NCBI GenBank assembly: GCA_965216755.1
Contig: CBDCGL010000011.1
Coordinates: forward strand, 4,224,001-4,288,000
Reading direction: 5' to 3'
Origin: Alphaproteobacteria bacterium
GTDB taxonomy: Bacteria > Pseudomonadota > Alphaproteobacteria > UBA7887
Length of the DNA: 64,000 nucleotides
The position numbers and the translations under genes were made by a program. Within the stretch, counting starts at the first letter, position 1. Each line of letters starts with the position of its first letter. The notes under the pieces are model-generated. The model made no database searches and was not told the DNA's origin. It was given only the letters and a program-made list of their open reading frames with translations. Below are positions 8,785 through 17,545 of this stretch, piece after piece.

Positions 8785-10005
8785 TCAATAGAAAAAACTC
8801 GGAATTGGGAAATCTCTCTTGTTCAAAACCACACTGCTCAACGTCAGCGTGGCGTTGCTCAGCTCGTCGCGTAGCCGCTCGATCGCTTGGACGGTCGTGC
8901 GTTGGGTATCGATCACCAAAATCACCTGTGTTGAAACACTGGCCCAACGATAAGGCGTGTCCGTGCTTAGGGCGCCTGCATCCACAACAACAACGTCATA
9001 GCGATTGCGTAAGTTCTCAAATGTATCCGACCAACCGTTTTCATAAGGAAAGCGGCCGTCCGCGCCATTGGCCAACGCCATCGCGTCGACGCCCCAATTG
9101 TCGATTTTAATGACGTTATCGTCATCGACGAGATTCGCCGGATCTTTGATCGGCGTCGGTCCACTACCCGGCAAACGCTGGGTCAGCCGATTGCCGTTTT
9201 CGGCCGCATCCACCAACAAGATTCGGTCGTCGCCGTTGCGTGCAAACGAGCGAGCCAGCCCACCGGCGACCGTTGACACGCCTTCGCCGGGCGTGCGGGA
9301 TGTCAGCACGATCACAATCGCGCCACGCCGCTCGCTGTAATCATTTGCCGCAGCAATTATCCGTAGCCGAATTGAATCAAAAACTTTCTCGATCCGCTGA
9401 ACGCGTCGGCTGACGCGACGCGGGCGCGACCGCTCCCGACGGCTGGGCGCAATCTTCTTGGTCCGCAGGTCAATTCCCGCTGCCGCTTCGGTGTCGCGGC
9501 TCCTTGTCGGTGTCGAAGGCACCTCGGCCACGAGTCCCTGACCGCTGCCGGGTTCGGTCGCGAACGGTTTGATCGTCGGACGTTCTGCCACCAACGGCTT
9601 GGTCGCGCGGCCATTGGGTTTTTCATCGCCCGACGCCGCAGTCGTCTTCAACTCAGGGCGCTCGGCAATCAGTGGTGTCGGTGCATCGCTACGCTGTTTT
9701 TTTTCAGGTTTCGTTTGGGAACTATCGAATTGCGCGAGAATGCGGGCAACGCGCAGATCGCCGGCTTGGCGCGATTTGTTGCAATTGGCGTGGACGAGCG
9801 CGAAGTTGGCAGGTTCGTCCTTACCGCCCTCGCGAATTGGTTCAACATGCTCGATATGCAGCGACGCGTCGTCGTTATCGGTCGCCTCGGCAACATCGAT
9901 CGGCTTGCCGCACAAATAACAGGTGCCGTTTTGGCGATTCGCTAGCCCTTGAACAAGGTCTTTGCGCTCAGATCCAGAAAGGCCTTTTAGGTACTGAGAT
10001 CCCAT
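8785..10005 (-). CDS. HNH endonuclease domain fused to a CpsD/CapB-type BY-kinase-like domain
   Basis: aa 1-95: CYLC...IEHVEPIREGGKDEPANFALVHANCN (HNH, Zn-binding). aa ~96-205: low-complexity linker. aa ~206-406: LTSRTPGEGVST, ILLVDA, YDVVVVDAG, VVLNKRDFPIP. One continuous ORF. Confidence 0.8.
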   Translation of the reverse strand: MGSQYLKGLSGSERKDLVQGLANRQNGTCYLCGKPIDVAEATDNDDASLHIEHVEPIREGGKDEPANFALVHANCNKSRQAGDLRVARILAQFDSSQTKPEKKQRSDAPTPLIAERPELKTTAASGDEKPNGRATKPLVAERPTIKPFATEPGSGQGLVAEVPSTPTRSRDTEAAAGIDLRTKKIAPSRRERSRPRRVSRRVQRIEKVFDSIRLRIIAAANDYSERRGAIVIVLTSRTPGEGVSTVAGGLARSFARNGDDRILLVDAAENGNRLTQRLPGSGPTPIKDPANLVDDDNVIKIDNWGVDAMALANGADGRFPYENGWSDTFENLRNRYDVVVVDAGALSTDTPYRWASVSTQVILVIDTQRTTVQAIERLRDELSNATLTLSSVVLNKRDFPIPSFFY

Positions 10006-10426
10006 CTGTCGCCCTTAGTCCACGCTCTTGCCGTCTTTTTTGAGCGTTTGTGTGTTCCACGCCGCAGCTTGTCGCCTCATGCCGCCATCGTTGCGGCGTG
10101 CACAAAGCGCCAGGCGCGGACGCCCCAATTCAATTTCGTCTCGGCGACAGCGATACCCCACCACCTTCGGCCGTAAGGGCTCGAAGACCGCTAACACCGG
10201 CATGTTTGCTTCTGCATATCAGAAGCTCAGCTTCGGTCGCCACGGCATAACTCTGGGCACTCCCAGTCTGTCATCCAATCGGCCCAACGATGACAAGCCG
10301 GCCCGTGCCTTCTTGCAACAGCATCCAGAGTATCGCCCAGGTTGGATGCTACCAGCAATTTGCTTGTTCTTATCGCACACCCTGCTACGCCGCACAATGA
10401 AACTAATCCGCAATAGTCCGACCAGA

Positions 10427-11458
10427 CTATGACGCCGACGGCGCGATTGGGCGGTCCAAAACCTGTGTTTGTGGGGGCCGTGATGATGTCGCCAGATGCC
10501 TTTCCCATTCCAGCGCCGTGCGCACGATATGTCCCAAATCATCATATTGTGGCTGCCAACCCAGCGTTTTCCTTATGCGGCTATTATCAGCGATAAGCGC
10601 TGGTGCATCGCCGGCGCGCCGCGCGTGTTCGTGCACCGGAAAATCGATCCCGGCTACCCGTTTCACTGCCGCAATTACCTCACGCACGCTGGCACCATGG
10701 CCGTAGCCACAGTTTAAAACTGCCGAATCACCGCCCCGGTCCAAATATTCCAAAGCATCAACATGGGCCTGCGCCAAGTCGTCGACATGAATATAGTCGC
10801 GAATACAAGTGCCGTCGGGCGTATCATAATCGGTGCCAAAAATAGCCATGTTCGGTCGTTTTCCGACAGCCACCTCGCACGCCACTTTGATCAGATGGGT
10901 CGCGTCGGCGGTTGCTTGCCCAACTCGGCCCATGGCATCCGCGCCGGCCACGTTGAAATAGCGCAAACTGATGAAGCGCAGCGCGGTCGCCGCAGCCAGA
11001 TCCATGATCATCCGTTCGCTCATCATTTTCGAGGCGCCATATGGGTTGATCGGCTGTAGCAGGGTATCTTCATCGATCAGTGAGGCCTCGGGTATGCCGT
11101 AGACGGCTGCGGTCGACGAGAACACGATCTTGCCGATCCCAAATCGGTCGCACAGGCGCAGCAGAGCCAAAGTATTGGCCGTATTGTTGTTGTAATATTT
11201 CAGTGGATCGCGAACCGATTCCGGCACGACGATATGGGCCGCCATGTGGCAGACGGCATCGAAACTCTGCGCGTCCAGCAGCTTCCCAAGGCGGGTCGCA
11301 TCGGCAATGTCACCCTCCACCAGGGTGCCTTGGGTCACCGCCCAAGCGTGCCCGGTCGAAAGATTGTCATAAGTGACGACTTCATGCCCGGCCTCTGCCA
11401 GACGAATGAGAATGTGGCTGCCGATATAGCCCGCGCCGCCGGTCACCAAAATACGCAT
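10427..11458 (-). CDS. galE: UDP-glucose 4-epimerase
   Basis: TGGAGYIGSH, FSSTAAVYG, YGASK, RYFNVAGA, DGTCIRDYIHV. Confidence 0.95.
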   Translation of the reverse strand: MRILVTGGAGYIGSHILIRLAEAGHEVVTYDNLSTGHAWAVTQGTLVEGDIADATRLGKLLDAQSFDAVCHMAAHIVVPESVRDPLKYYNNNTANTLALLRLCDRFGIGKIVFSSTAAVYGIPEASLIDEDTLLQPINPYGASKMMSERMIMDLAAATALRFISLRYFNVAGADAMGRVGQATADATHLIKVACEVAVGKRPNMAIFGTDYDTPDGTCIRDYIHVDDLAQAHVDALEYLDRGGDSAVLNCGYGHGASVREVIAAVKRVAGIDFPVHEHARRAGDAPALIADNSRIRKTLGWQPQYDDLGHIVRTALEWERHLATSSRPPQTQVLDRPIAPSAS

Positions 11459-11497
11459 GTCGCTATTCTCCGAAGACTTCTTTCGGCCCTGTTTGAC

Positions 11498-12679
11498 TTA
11501 GCGCGTGCGCCAAGCGGCGATCAGATCGCGCGCAGCGTTTTCCATTCGAAACGCCAATTTCGATCGCTGTAAAGTGAGCGCCGATCGGTATTCCTGGTCG
11601 GTGGCCAACCGCCGTTTATGAAACGTGTCTCCGTGCAGAAAATCGACAACCGCTGCGCCCGTGTGTAAGCCATGCACAATACCCAAATAGTCGCATAGCA
11701 AGCCGATGCTGACATCCTTGTGCGGGCTTCGCATAAGCCCCCACTGGTAACAGTAAATGCGACGGTCAAAGACGAAATTGTAAATGTAACCAATGGGTTT
11801 GGGCCCGGCACGTACACGCAAAAGCTGAATCTCACCTGCCGCGAAGCGCCGATTGACGAGATCAGCGTGGAATTGGCGAAACCAGGGGGATTCGAGCGAC
11901 GTCGAAAAGCCCCGATCTTGCCAATCCGCCAAATGAAGGTTCGCAAGTTCCGACAGATAGGTCTGCGCCTCGGGCAAGGTCGCGGCCGTGTCGATGCTGA
12001 GGGCGCCATTCTGTTCGACCATCTTCCGCGATTTGCGCAGATGACGGCGCGTCTTCTTGCCCAAAAGCGCCTCAAAATCGCCACCCGACGCGCGCACTTT
12101 GTCGAGGTCGACGATGTGGCTCGTCAGGTCGCGGGATACCAGGCCAGGCGCCTGCAACGCTGCGGCGTGTTGGACATAGTGGGGCGCCACGCCTGACAAC
12201 TGGATCTCGTCCCATTCGCCTTGTTGTAGGCCTGCCACCAGCCGCGTAATGGCGGCCCGCTCAATCGTCAGAGCGCCGACGTCTTGGGTCAGAAAGCCGT
12301 TATGCTCGATGGTTAGACGGTCGTACGGCATCGTCCCCGTCTCATGAAGATGGAGGCGACGAGACGAGATCAAACTGCGGCGCCGCAGGCGTTTTTCAAC
12401 AAGGATTCCCAGACCGACGGTCCGGTCCCGGTGATGCACACGCAAAACCAGCAGTCGCAACGCGGCCGGAATGTGTGCCAGCCAGCATTCGATCCAACTC
12501 CAGGACTGGAAAAAGCTGGGTTGGCCCTGGCATTGCAAGTTCTGCCAAGAATTGGCCAAGTCGCCAACATCCGTCAGCGGCATCAGCTCAGCATGCAGCT
12601 CATCCAGCGCAATAGTGGCCGGCCTGCTATCCGCTTGGGTGGTATCTCTTAGAACTGTGTTCGTATTCGAAACCATCAT
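11498..12679 (-). CDS. GNAT-family acetyltransferase (CelD/BcsL-like, polysaccharide-associated)
   Basis: FFQSWSWIECW, KKTRRHLRKSRK, YCYQWG, DFLHGDTFHKRRLA pattern; located in the polysaccharide export block. Confidence 0.8.
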   Translation of the reverse strand: MMVSNTNTVLRDTTQADSRPATIALDELHAELMPLTDVGDLANSWQNLQCQGQPSFFQSWSWIECWLAHIPAALRLLVLRVHHRDRTVGLGILVEKRLRRRSLISSRRLHLHETGTMPYDRLTIEHNGFLTQDVGALTIERAAITRLVAGLQQGEWDEIQLSGVAPHYVQHAAALQAPGLVSRDLTSHIVDLDKVRASGGDFEALLGKKTRRHLRKSRKMVEQNGALSIDTAATLPEAQTYLSELANLHLADWQDRGFSTSLESPWFRQFHADLVNRRFAAGEIQLLRVRAGPKPIGYIYNFVFDRRIYCYQWGLMRSPHKDVSIGLLCDYLGIVHGLHTGAAVVDFLHGDTFHKRRLATDQEYRSALTLQRSKLAFRMENAARDLIAAWRTR

Positions 12680-12934
12680 ATTAGATAATGGGGTCGCCGC
12701 TTGGCGCGGACGAGCCGCCGCGGTGCTTGGAATACCTGATGTTGTTAGTCCCCAACGGGGTCAGTGTCTGACGAGTGACGTAATATGGCAAGAGCCCTTG
12801 CCACGAACGCGCCCGTTATGGGCCATTTTGGGCGGCGTGGTGTGCTGAGCCAGGCCCCGACCGCAGTTTGCGACTTGGCCTTGGATGGCCGCGTGCGGTG
12901 TCAGTTAACTTTTTGAAATGATTGCGATTTGACC

Positions 12935-12970
12935 GAAAAATAAGGTCCGGCACAGTTGCTGTGCCGGACC
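12935..12970 (-). terminator. Rho-independent terminator of wza
   Basis: 12-bp stem ggtccggcacag/ctgtgccggacc (12944-12970) followed on the minus strand by TTATTTTT. Confidence 0.8.
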
Positions 12971-12995
12971 CATATGATGAAGCCGTTTGTTCGGT

Positions 12996-14018
12996 CTAGT
13001 CGTTTAAGTCATAGGTCAAGCCGAAGCCGGCGTTGAGGCTGAACGGCAGCATGTTCTTGATGTACTGCTCGATCCACAGATTCGCCTCGGCGATGCCGGA
13101 CGGCGGAACCACAACGATATCTTGCGGTATCAACTGAAAACTGGCGCCGTTCGGCGTGCCGCCGTCCGGCGACTTGCGCAAATTGAAACGCCAGTGGCTG
13201 TGCGTGCCGTCGTTGTTGAAACGTATTACCCGTACATCGCGGGGCGACGCCGTTGGCAAATAGCCCCCGGCGGCAGCGATGGCCATAAACGGATTGAAGG
13301 GGCGCGTATATTCGACGCCAATCGGGTTGACCACTTCGCCAACCACGTAGACCAGAGGAATGGCGCGCTCGGTGAGATTGACTGTCGCCTCGACCCGGCC
13401 GCCAAATTCACGTTCATAGGCGCTTCGCACGTCGGTCTGAACGTCGACGAGCGCCCTGTTGGCCATAATCGGGTCGATATAGGGCAGGGACAACATGCCC
13501 GAATCGGAGACCACAACGCTAAGCGGCAAATTGCCAAATCCCGAATCCAAGCCCATCAAACGCTCAAGCCGGCGATCGCCCTGTTCCACGACAACTGCGA
13601 CCTGTGACGTGCGAATCCCCCGGCTCCGGTAGGCGCTGGCCAGGTCTCGGCCAAGCGCATCGACCGATTTGCCGGCCGCCCGCACGCTGCCGACAACCGG
13701 CAGTGATATGTGCCCGTCTGGCAGGACAACGATGCCCGTGGTAGTCAGATTGTCGTGCTCCGCGACGCTGACCGCGAGCACGTCATATACGTTGATGAGA
13801 TAGCGCTGAGTCTCGACCTCGGTGTTGCGGTAATAGCGCACTTCCAGCCGGTCGCCGGGTCTGAGATTAAGCGACTGTGCGGCAGCATCATTGGCCGCCA
13901 TGGCTGATTCCGGAGAGCTCGCCGCGCCGCGTGGCGCCGGCGGATAAGCCTTAGTGGCGCAAGCCCCTAATAGCAAGGCTGAACATAAGGCTATCGCCTT
14001 GATTGTAAAGGAATGCAT
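12996..14018 (-). CDS. wza: Polysaccharide export lipoprotein (Wza/OPX family)
   Basis: Lipobox LLLGAC; PES motif VLPDGHISLPVVGSVRAAG; SLBB domain VYVVGEVVNP...AIAAAGG; C-terminal amphipathic helix. Confidence 0.88.
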   Translation of the reverse strand: MHSFTIKAIALCSALLLGACATKAYPPAPRGAASSPESAMAANDAAAQSLNLRPGDRLEVRYYRNTEVETQRYLINVYDVLAVSVAEHDNLTTTGIVVLPDGHISLPVVGSVRAAGKSVDALGRDLASAYRSRGIRTSQVAVVVEQGDRRLERLMGLDSGFGNLPLSVVVSDSGMLSLPYIDPIMANRALVDVQTDVRSAYEREFGGRVEATVNLTERAIPLVYVVGEVVNPIGVEYTRPFNPFMAIAAAGGYLPTASPRDVRVIRFNNDGTHSHWRFNLRKSPDGGTPNGASFQLIPQDIVVVPPSGIAEANLWIEQYIKNMLPFSLNAGFGLTYDLND

Positions 14019-15123
14019 GGATACTCCGTCCGTTCCGACTACGTAACTGCGTCAAATTCCGGCAGACTCGCCGCAACGGCAACACCGTTGACGAAAGCAC
14101 TTTGCGCTAACCGGAAACATGGTCCCCAAGAAAGAACGATACCGTGAAGGGTGAGTGTAGGCACGCAACGCGCCCGCGGCCAAGCCCTGTCGCGTTCTTT
14201 GCACGCGATGCTAGGGTGTGACGCGAATGCCGCAGCCAATATAGACGGAAATTCCCGCATACCTTCCCTGTTCGCCGTAAGTGGCCAACCTACCCCTCTT
14301 TTGTATCAACGGCGCCGTCCGATCGCTTGCAGCGATTCCCTAGACAATCACCGTGTCCAGCCTTGTTTCGGCTAGATCACAGATAACTTAACATTAACAA
14401 GCTTTTGTGTCACCCTTGTCCAATGTCGCCGGGTCCTTATCAAGGGTTCGTCGATGCCGCGCACCGGATCCCGGTACGGACAATTGGTGAATCGCAGGAT
14501 TAGCTATGGTGCCGATGACGACATCGCGCGCATGCCGGCTGTCGGTTCAACTGTGCCATTCGCGCCGCACTCTGCGCCGTCTCCTCCCATCCTCGCCGAT
14601 CATTTTGTCACGCAATTATCACAACACGAGCGACGCAAGCAGGCGAATCATTTTGTTAGACGCGGGTAGCGATTCGAAACACAGTCGCTCATGAGGGGCG
14701 ACACGAGCAGCGGGCGCGAAAGACCGAAAGGGGTAGGCCGGTCGCGAATGCCCATAGGCGGTGTTTAGGTCGTGGCAAGCGTGATTGCTGGTTGATTTGA
14801 GAGAAATCCTGTGACTTTCGAAATTCCTGGCCGCTTGTGCAGCGAGCAAGTGAAAGCGTCCACGACGATTGTTCTGATGGTCGTGGCAAGCGCTGCGATT
14901 TGGTCGGCCCTGGTCGTGATTGGCGCGATCATTTTCTAACGCAATTGCCGACGTTGAAACGTACCGCTTGAGAGTCTGTTCGCCGAAGCGAAGCAGTCAT
15001 TTATCCGGCTTCGCGAACGAGCTTGCGTGGGCGCGGCGCGTCTGAAGATCGCGATCCGGCAGCCGTGTAGAATGCGCCAAAGAGCGGGCGCACAATGTCG
15101 GCGCACAGTCTACCGCAAATCGT

Positions 15124-16659
15124 TTAGCCGTTCGGCGGATTTCGGTCACCGTCACTGGGTGCGCTCTTGTGCGTGGCGAGCCAAGTGCGGGCTTGGCTTT
15201 GGGCACTGTCGCGCTGGGCGGCCGACAACAGCGGTGCGCTCTTGGCGATATTCCGAGTGGCGCGGTTGCGCACCGCGCTGAGGTCGTCAGCCAGCGCGGC
15301 GGCGATATGCCACCATTTGTTCGCGCGCACGGTGTCTTGTGCGACGCCATGGCCCTTCAAGTACAAGACGCCAAGATTATGCTGCGATTCGACATGACCT
15401 TGCTCGGCGGCACGACGATACAGTCGGGCAGCGGCCCGATAGTCTTGGCCAACGCCTTGACCAAGATAGTAGAGTGTGGCGAGCGCGTGCTCGGCCTGCG
15501 GAAGGCCCACGTTCGCGGCGCGTTGGAACCATTGCGCGGCGACACTTGGATCGGCTGGAACACCCTGGCCATTTTCATAGAGCCCGCCGAGATTGTATTG
15601 GGCGATAGCCGATCCTTGTTCGGCGGCTTGGCGATACCAAAACGCCGCCGCGGCGAGGTCCCGGTCGACGCCATGTCCCAACGCATGCATGACGCCGAGA
15701 AAGTTTTGCGCGGTCGGATCACCGTCCTGCGCGAGCAACTCAAAAGCGCGGATCGCGCGGCCATGGTCTTGGGAATGATAGGCCGCGAAAGCATCGTCAA
15801 GGCCCTTGTCCCGGTCCTCTTTGCCCTTTGCGCCCCGGCCCGGCCCAGGTCCAGCGACCGCTGCCCCAGTCGCAGGCAAAGGCGACGAAGACGTCGTAGC
15901 GCCGTGCGTTGCCGTGACGGCGACGGCGTTGTCCGGTAAAGCCAGCACGCACGCGGCGCCGCGCGTCTTGAGTTGTGCGCAAATATGGCGTGCGCGCCGC
16001 TCATCGAGCGGCCCGGCGCGAACCCTGTGAATCTGGAAATTATTCGAGATCCCGTCACGCACGAATGTCTCGATTCCGGCGAACAGGTCGGCGTGCTTTT
16101 CCACCAATCCGCGTCGCAGATTTTCTGCTGGCGCGCGACCTGATCTGAATGCGCCCAATTGGATTTCGTAGCGCGGTGCCGCACGCGGCTGCGGCGGCGG
16201 TTCTTTCAGGCTTGGTCGTTCGGCCGGGACAGAACTGGACCGGGCAATCGTCGGCATTTGCCGGGCGTGCTGTGGCAAATTTCCTGGCGTCGGGATCGCG
16301 GGCGGCGCGGCGATCGAGTTCTTGCGGATACGCGTCCGTTGGAGCAAGTCAAGGACGTTGCGATGGCCCCACACGGCGGCCATCGTGGCAGGTGTCTCAC
16401 CAAATTGGTTGGTCGCTTCGACTTCGGCGCCATGGGCAATCAAGATGCCGACAATTTCGGTAAAGCCACTGGACGCTGCGACGTGCAAGGGCGTGTTGCC
16501 GTCGTGGCTCCGTGAGTCGACCGGGAGCCCAGCGCTGATAAGTTCGCGCACCCGGTCGGCATCGCCGGCGCGGGCGGCATCATGCAACGGGCCGGCTCGC
16601 GCCGCCGAAATCGTCAGTATGATTACCCACAGAAAGATGCCGTACCGAATCATTCGCAC
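15124..16659 (-). CDS. Secreted ankyrin-repeat / SPOR / Sel1-repeat protein
   Basis: Signal peptide; ankyrin repeats (GPLHDAA, GNTPLHVAA, GETP); SPOR domain (YEIQLGAFRS...HRVRAGP...C..LK.RG..C); 4 Sel1 repeats. Confidence 0.85.
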   Translation of the reverse strand: MRMIRYGIFLWVIILTISAARAGPLHDAARAGDADRVRELISAGLPVDSRSHDGNTPLHVAASSGFTEIVGILIAHGAEVEATNQFGETPATMAAVWGHRNVLDLLQRTRIRKNSIAAPPAIPTPGNLPQHARQMPTIARSSSVPAERPSLKEPPPQPRAAPRYEIQLGAFRSGRAPAENLRRGLVEKHADLFAGIETFVRDGISNNFQIHRVRAGPLDERRARHICAQLKTRGAACVLALPDNAVAVTATHGATTSSSPLPATGAAVAGPGPGRGAKGKEDRDKGLDDAFAAYHSQDHGRAIRAFELLAQDGDPTAQNFLGVMHALGHGVDRDLAAAAFWYRQAAEQGSAIAQYNLGGLYENGQGVPADPSVAAQWFQRAANVGLPQAEHALATLYYLGQGVGQDYRAAARLYRRAAEQGHVESQHNLGVLYLKGHGVAQDTVRANKWWHIAAALADDLSAVRNRATRNIAKSAPLLSAAQRDSAQSQARTWLATHKSAPSDGDRNPPNG

Positions 16660-16844
16660 TGTTGCTTCAGGGCGCCCGGCGCACTTTGTGGCGGATTGCT
16701 GTCCTTGGCAAGCGCAACCATTTGCACACGCAGCAAATAGTTCTTGGTGCTGTCATCAGCCGAATCGGTGGTGGCGGTCGGGACGTAATGCCATGCGTCC
16801 GAAGTCATTGCGACTTTGTCGGATTATTGGTAAGAAAAACCTGC

Positions 16845-16923
16845 AAAAAAAAGCCGCGCCACGAAGGTGCGGCGCGGCCCGAGGGAGGGAGGAAAAGCCC
16901 GATTGGGCAAGCATGCTACTAAC
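16845..16923 (-). ncRNA. suhB / alpha-r8 (MmgR-like) small RNA
   Basis: Minus strand reads GCCC-aatc-GGGC, UUUUCCUCCCUCCCU, then a GCCGCGCC/GGCGCGGC terminator stem and U8. UUUCCUCCCU is the family core motif. About 79 nt. Confidence 0.75.
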
Positions 16924-16929
16924 GAAATA

Positions 16930-16958
16930 AATATCGACGATATACTGATTAATACAAG
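16930..16958 (-). promoter_or_regulatory. Putative sigma70 promoter of the sRNA
   Basis: CTTGTA-N17-GATATT on the minus strand, similar to the alphaproteobacterial CTTGAC-N17-CTATAT consensus, in an AT-rich tract. Confidence 0.55.
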
Positions 16959-17127
16959 CTCCAGTCTTTCGGTCTGGGGCTTTTCTGTATCAGTGTCGTA
17001 TTTTCGCAACAGCAAAAGTCGTTATTCTCAGTATCTTACAAATTCTCAAATTGATCTTTCAAGTTCTGACAGAATTGGTTTGTCAAGCATTATCCAACGT
17101 GTACAAGTTCATTTTTGCGAGATCGAT

Positions 17128-17526
17128 ATGGTCAAAAATGACACGGAAAGCGGCGCATTTGTCGCGCATATCGTGGAGCTACTGTCGGTGGTCGGCAATG
17201 TCCGCGCCAAGCGGATGTTTGGCGGCCATGGCATTTTTCTCGATGACATGATGTTTGCACTAATTGCCGACGATGTTTTATATCTAAAAGCGAACGGACA
17301 AACGGCGGCGGCATTTGAATCGGCGGGGGCCGAGCCCTTTGTTTATACGGGCAAAGGTAAGCCAGTCACCATGTCCTATTGGAGCGCACCGGACGGCACG
17401 CTGGACAACGCGGTCGATATTGAGCCTTGGGCGCAGCTGGCCGTGGCGGCGGCGCGGGCGGCGAAAGCGGCCAAGCCAAATAAGGCGTCGAAACCAAAAT
17501 CGAAACGAAAATCGGCGAAACCGTAG
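17128..17526 (+). CDS. TfoX N-terminal domain protein
   Basis: KRMFGGHGIF, MFALIADDVLYLK, PFVY, MSYW; Lys-rich tail. Start at the ATG at 17128. Confidence 0.88.
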   Translation: MVKNDTESGAFVAHIVELLSVVGNVRAKRMFGGHGIFLDDMMFALIADDVLYLKANGQTAAAFESAGAEPFVYTGKGKPVTMSYWSAPDGTLDNAVDIEPWAQLAVAAARAAKAAKPNKASKPKSKRKSAKP

Positions 17527-17545
17527 CTCTGGGCTGCGCCGTTCG

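Noticed and set aside
8785-10005. IscB/Cas9 or homing-endonuclease mobile element
   Set aside because: No RuvC motifs, PLMP N-terminus, intron/intein signatures or flanking element ends were seen; the HNH is fused to a P-loop domain.
10006-10426. Short ORFs between galE and the HNH fusion
   Set aside because: No RBS, motifs or coding-like composition; treated as intergenic.
12780-12805. Sigma54 promoter upstream of the GNAT gene (TGGCAAG...CTTGC)
   Set aside because: GG-to-GC spacing is one base too long on both strands; it is only a short inverted repeat.
16867-17127. N-terminal extension of the TfoX-N ORF given by the track
   Set aside because: It overlaps the sRNA and its AT-rich promoter; family similarity begins only after the ATG at 17128.
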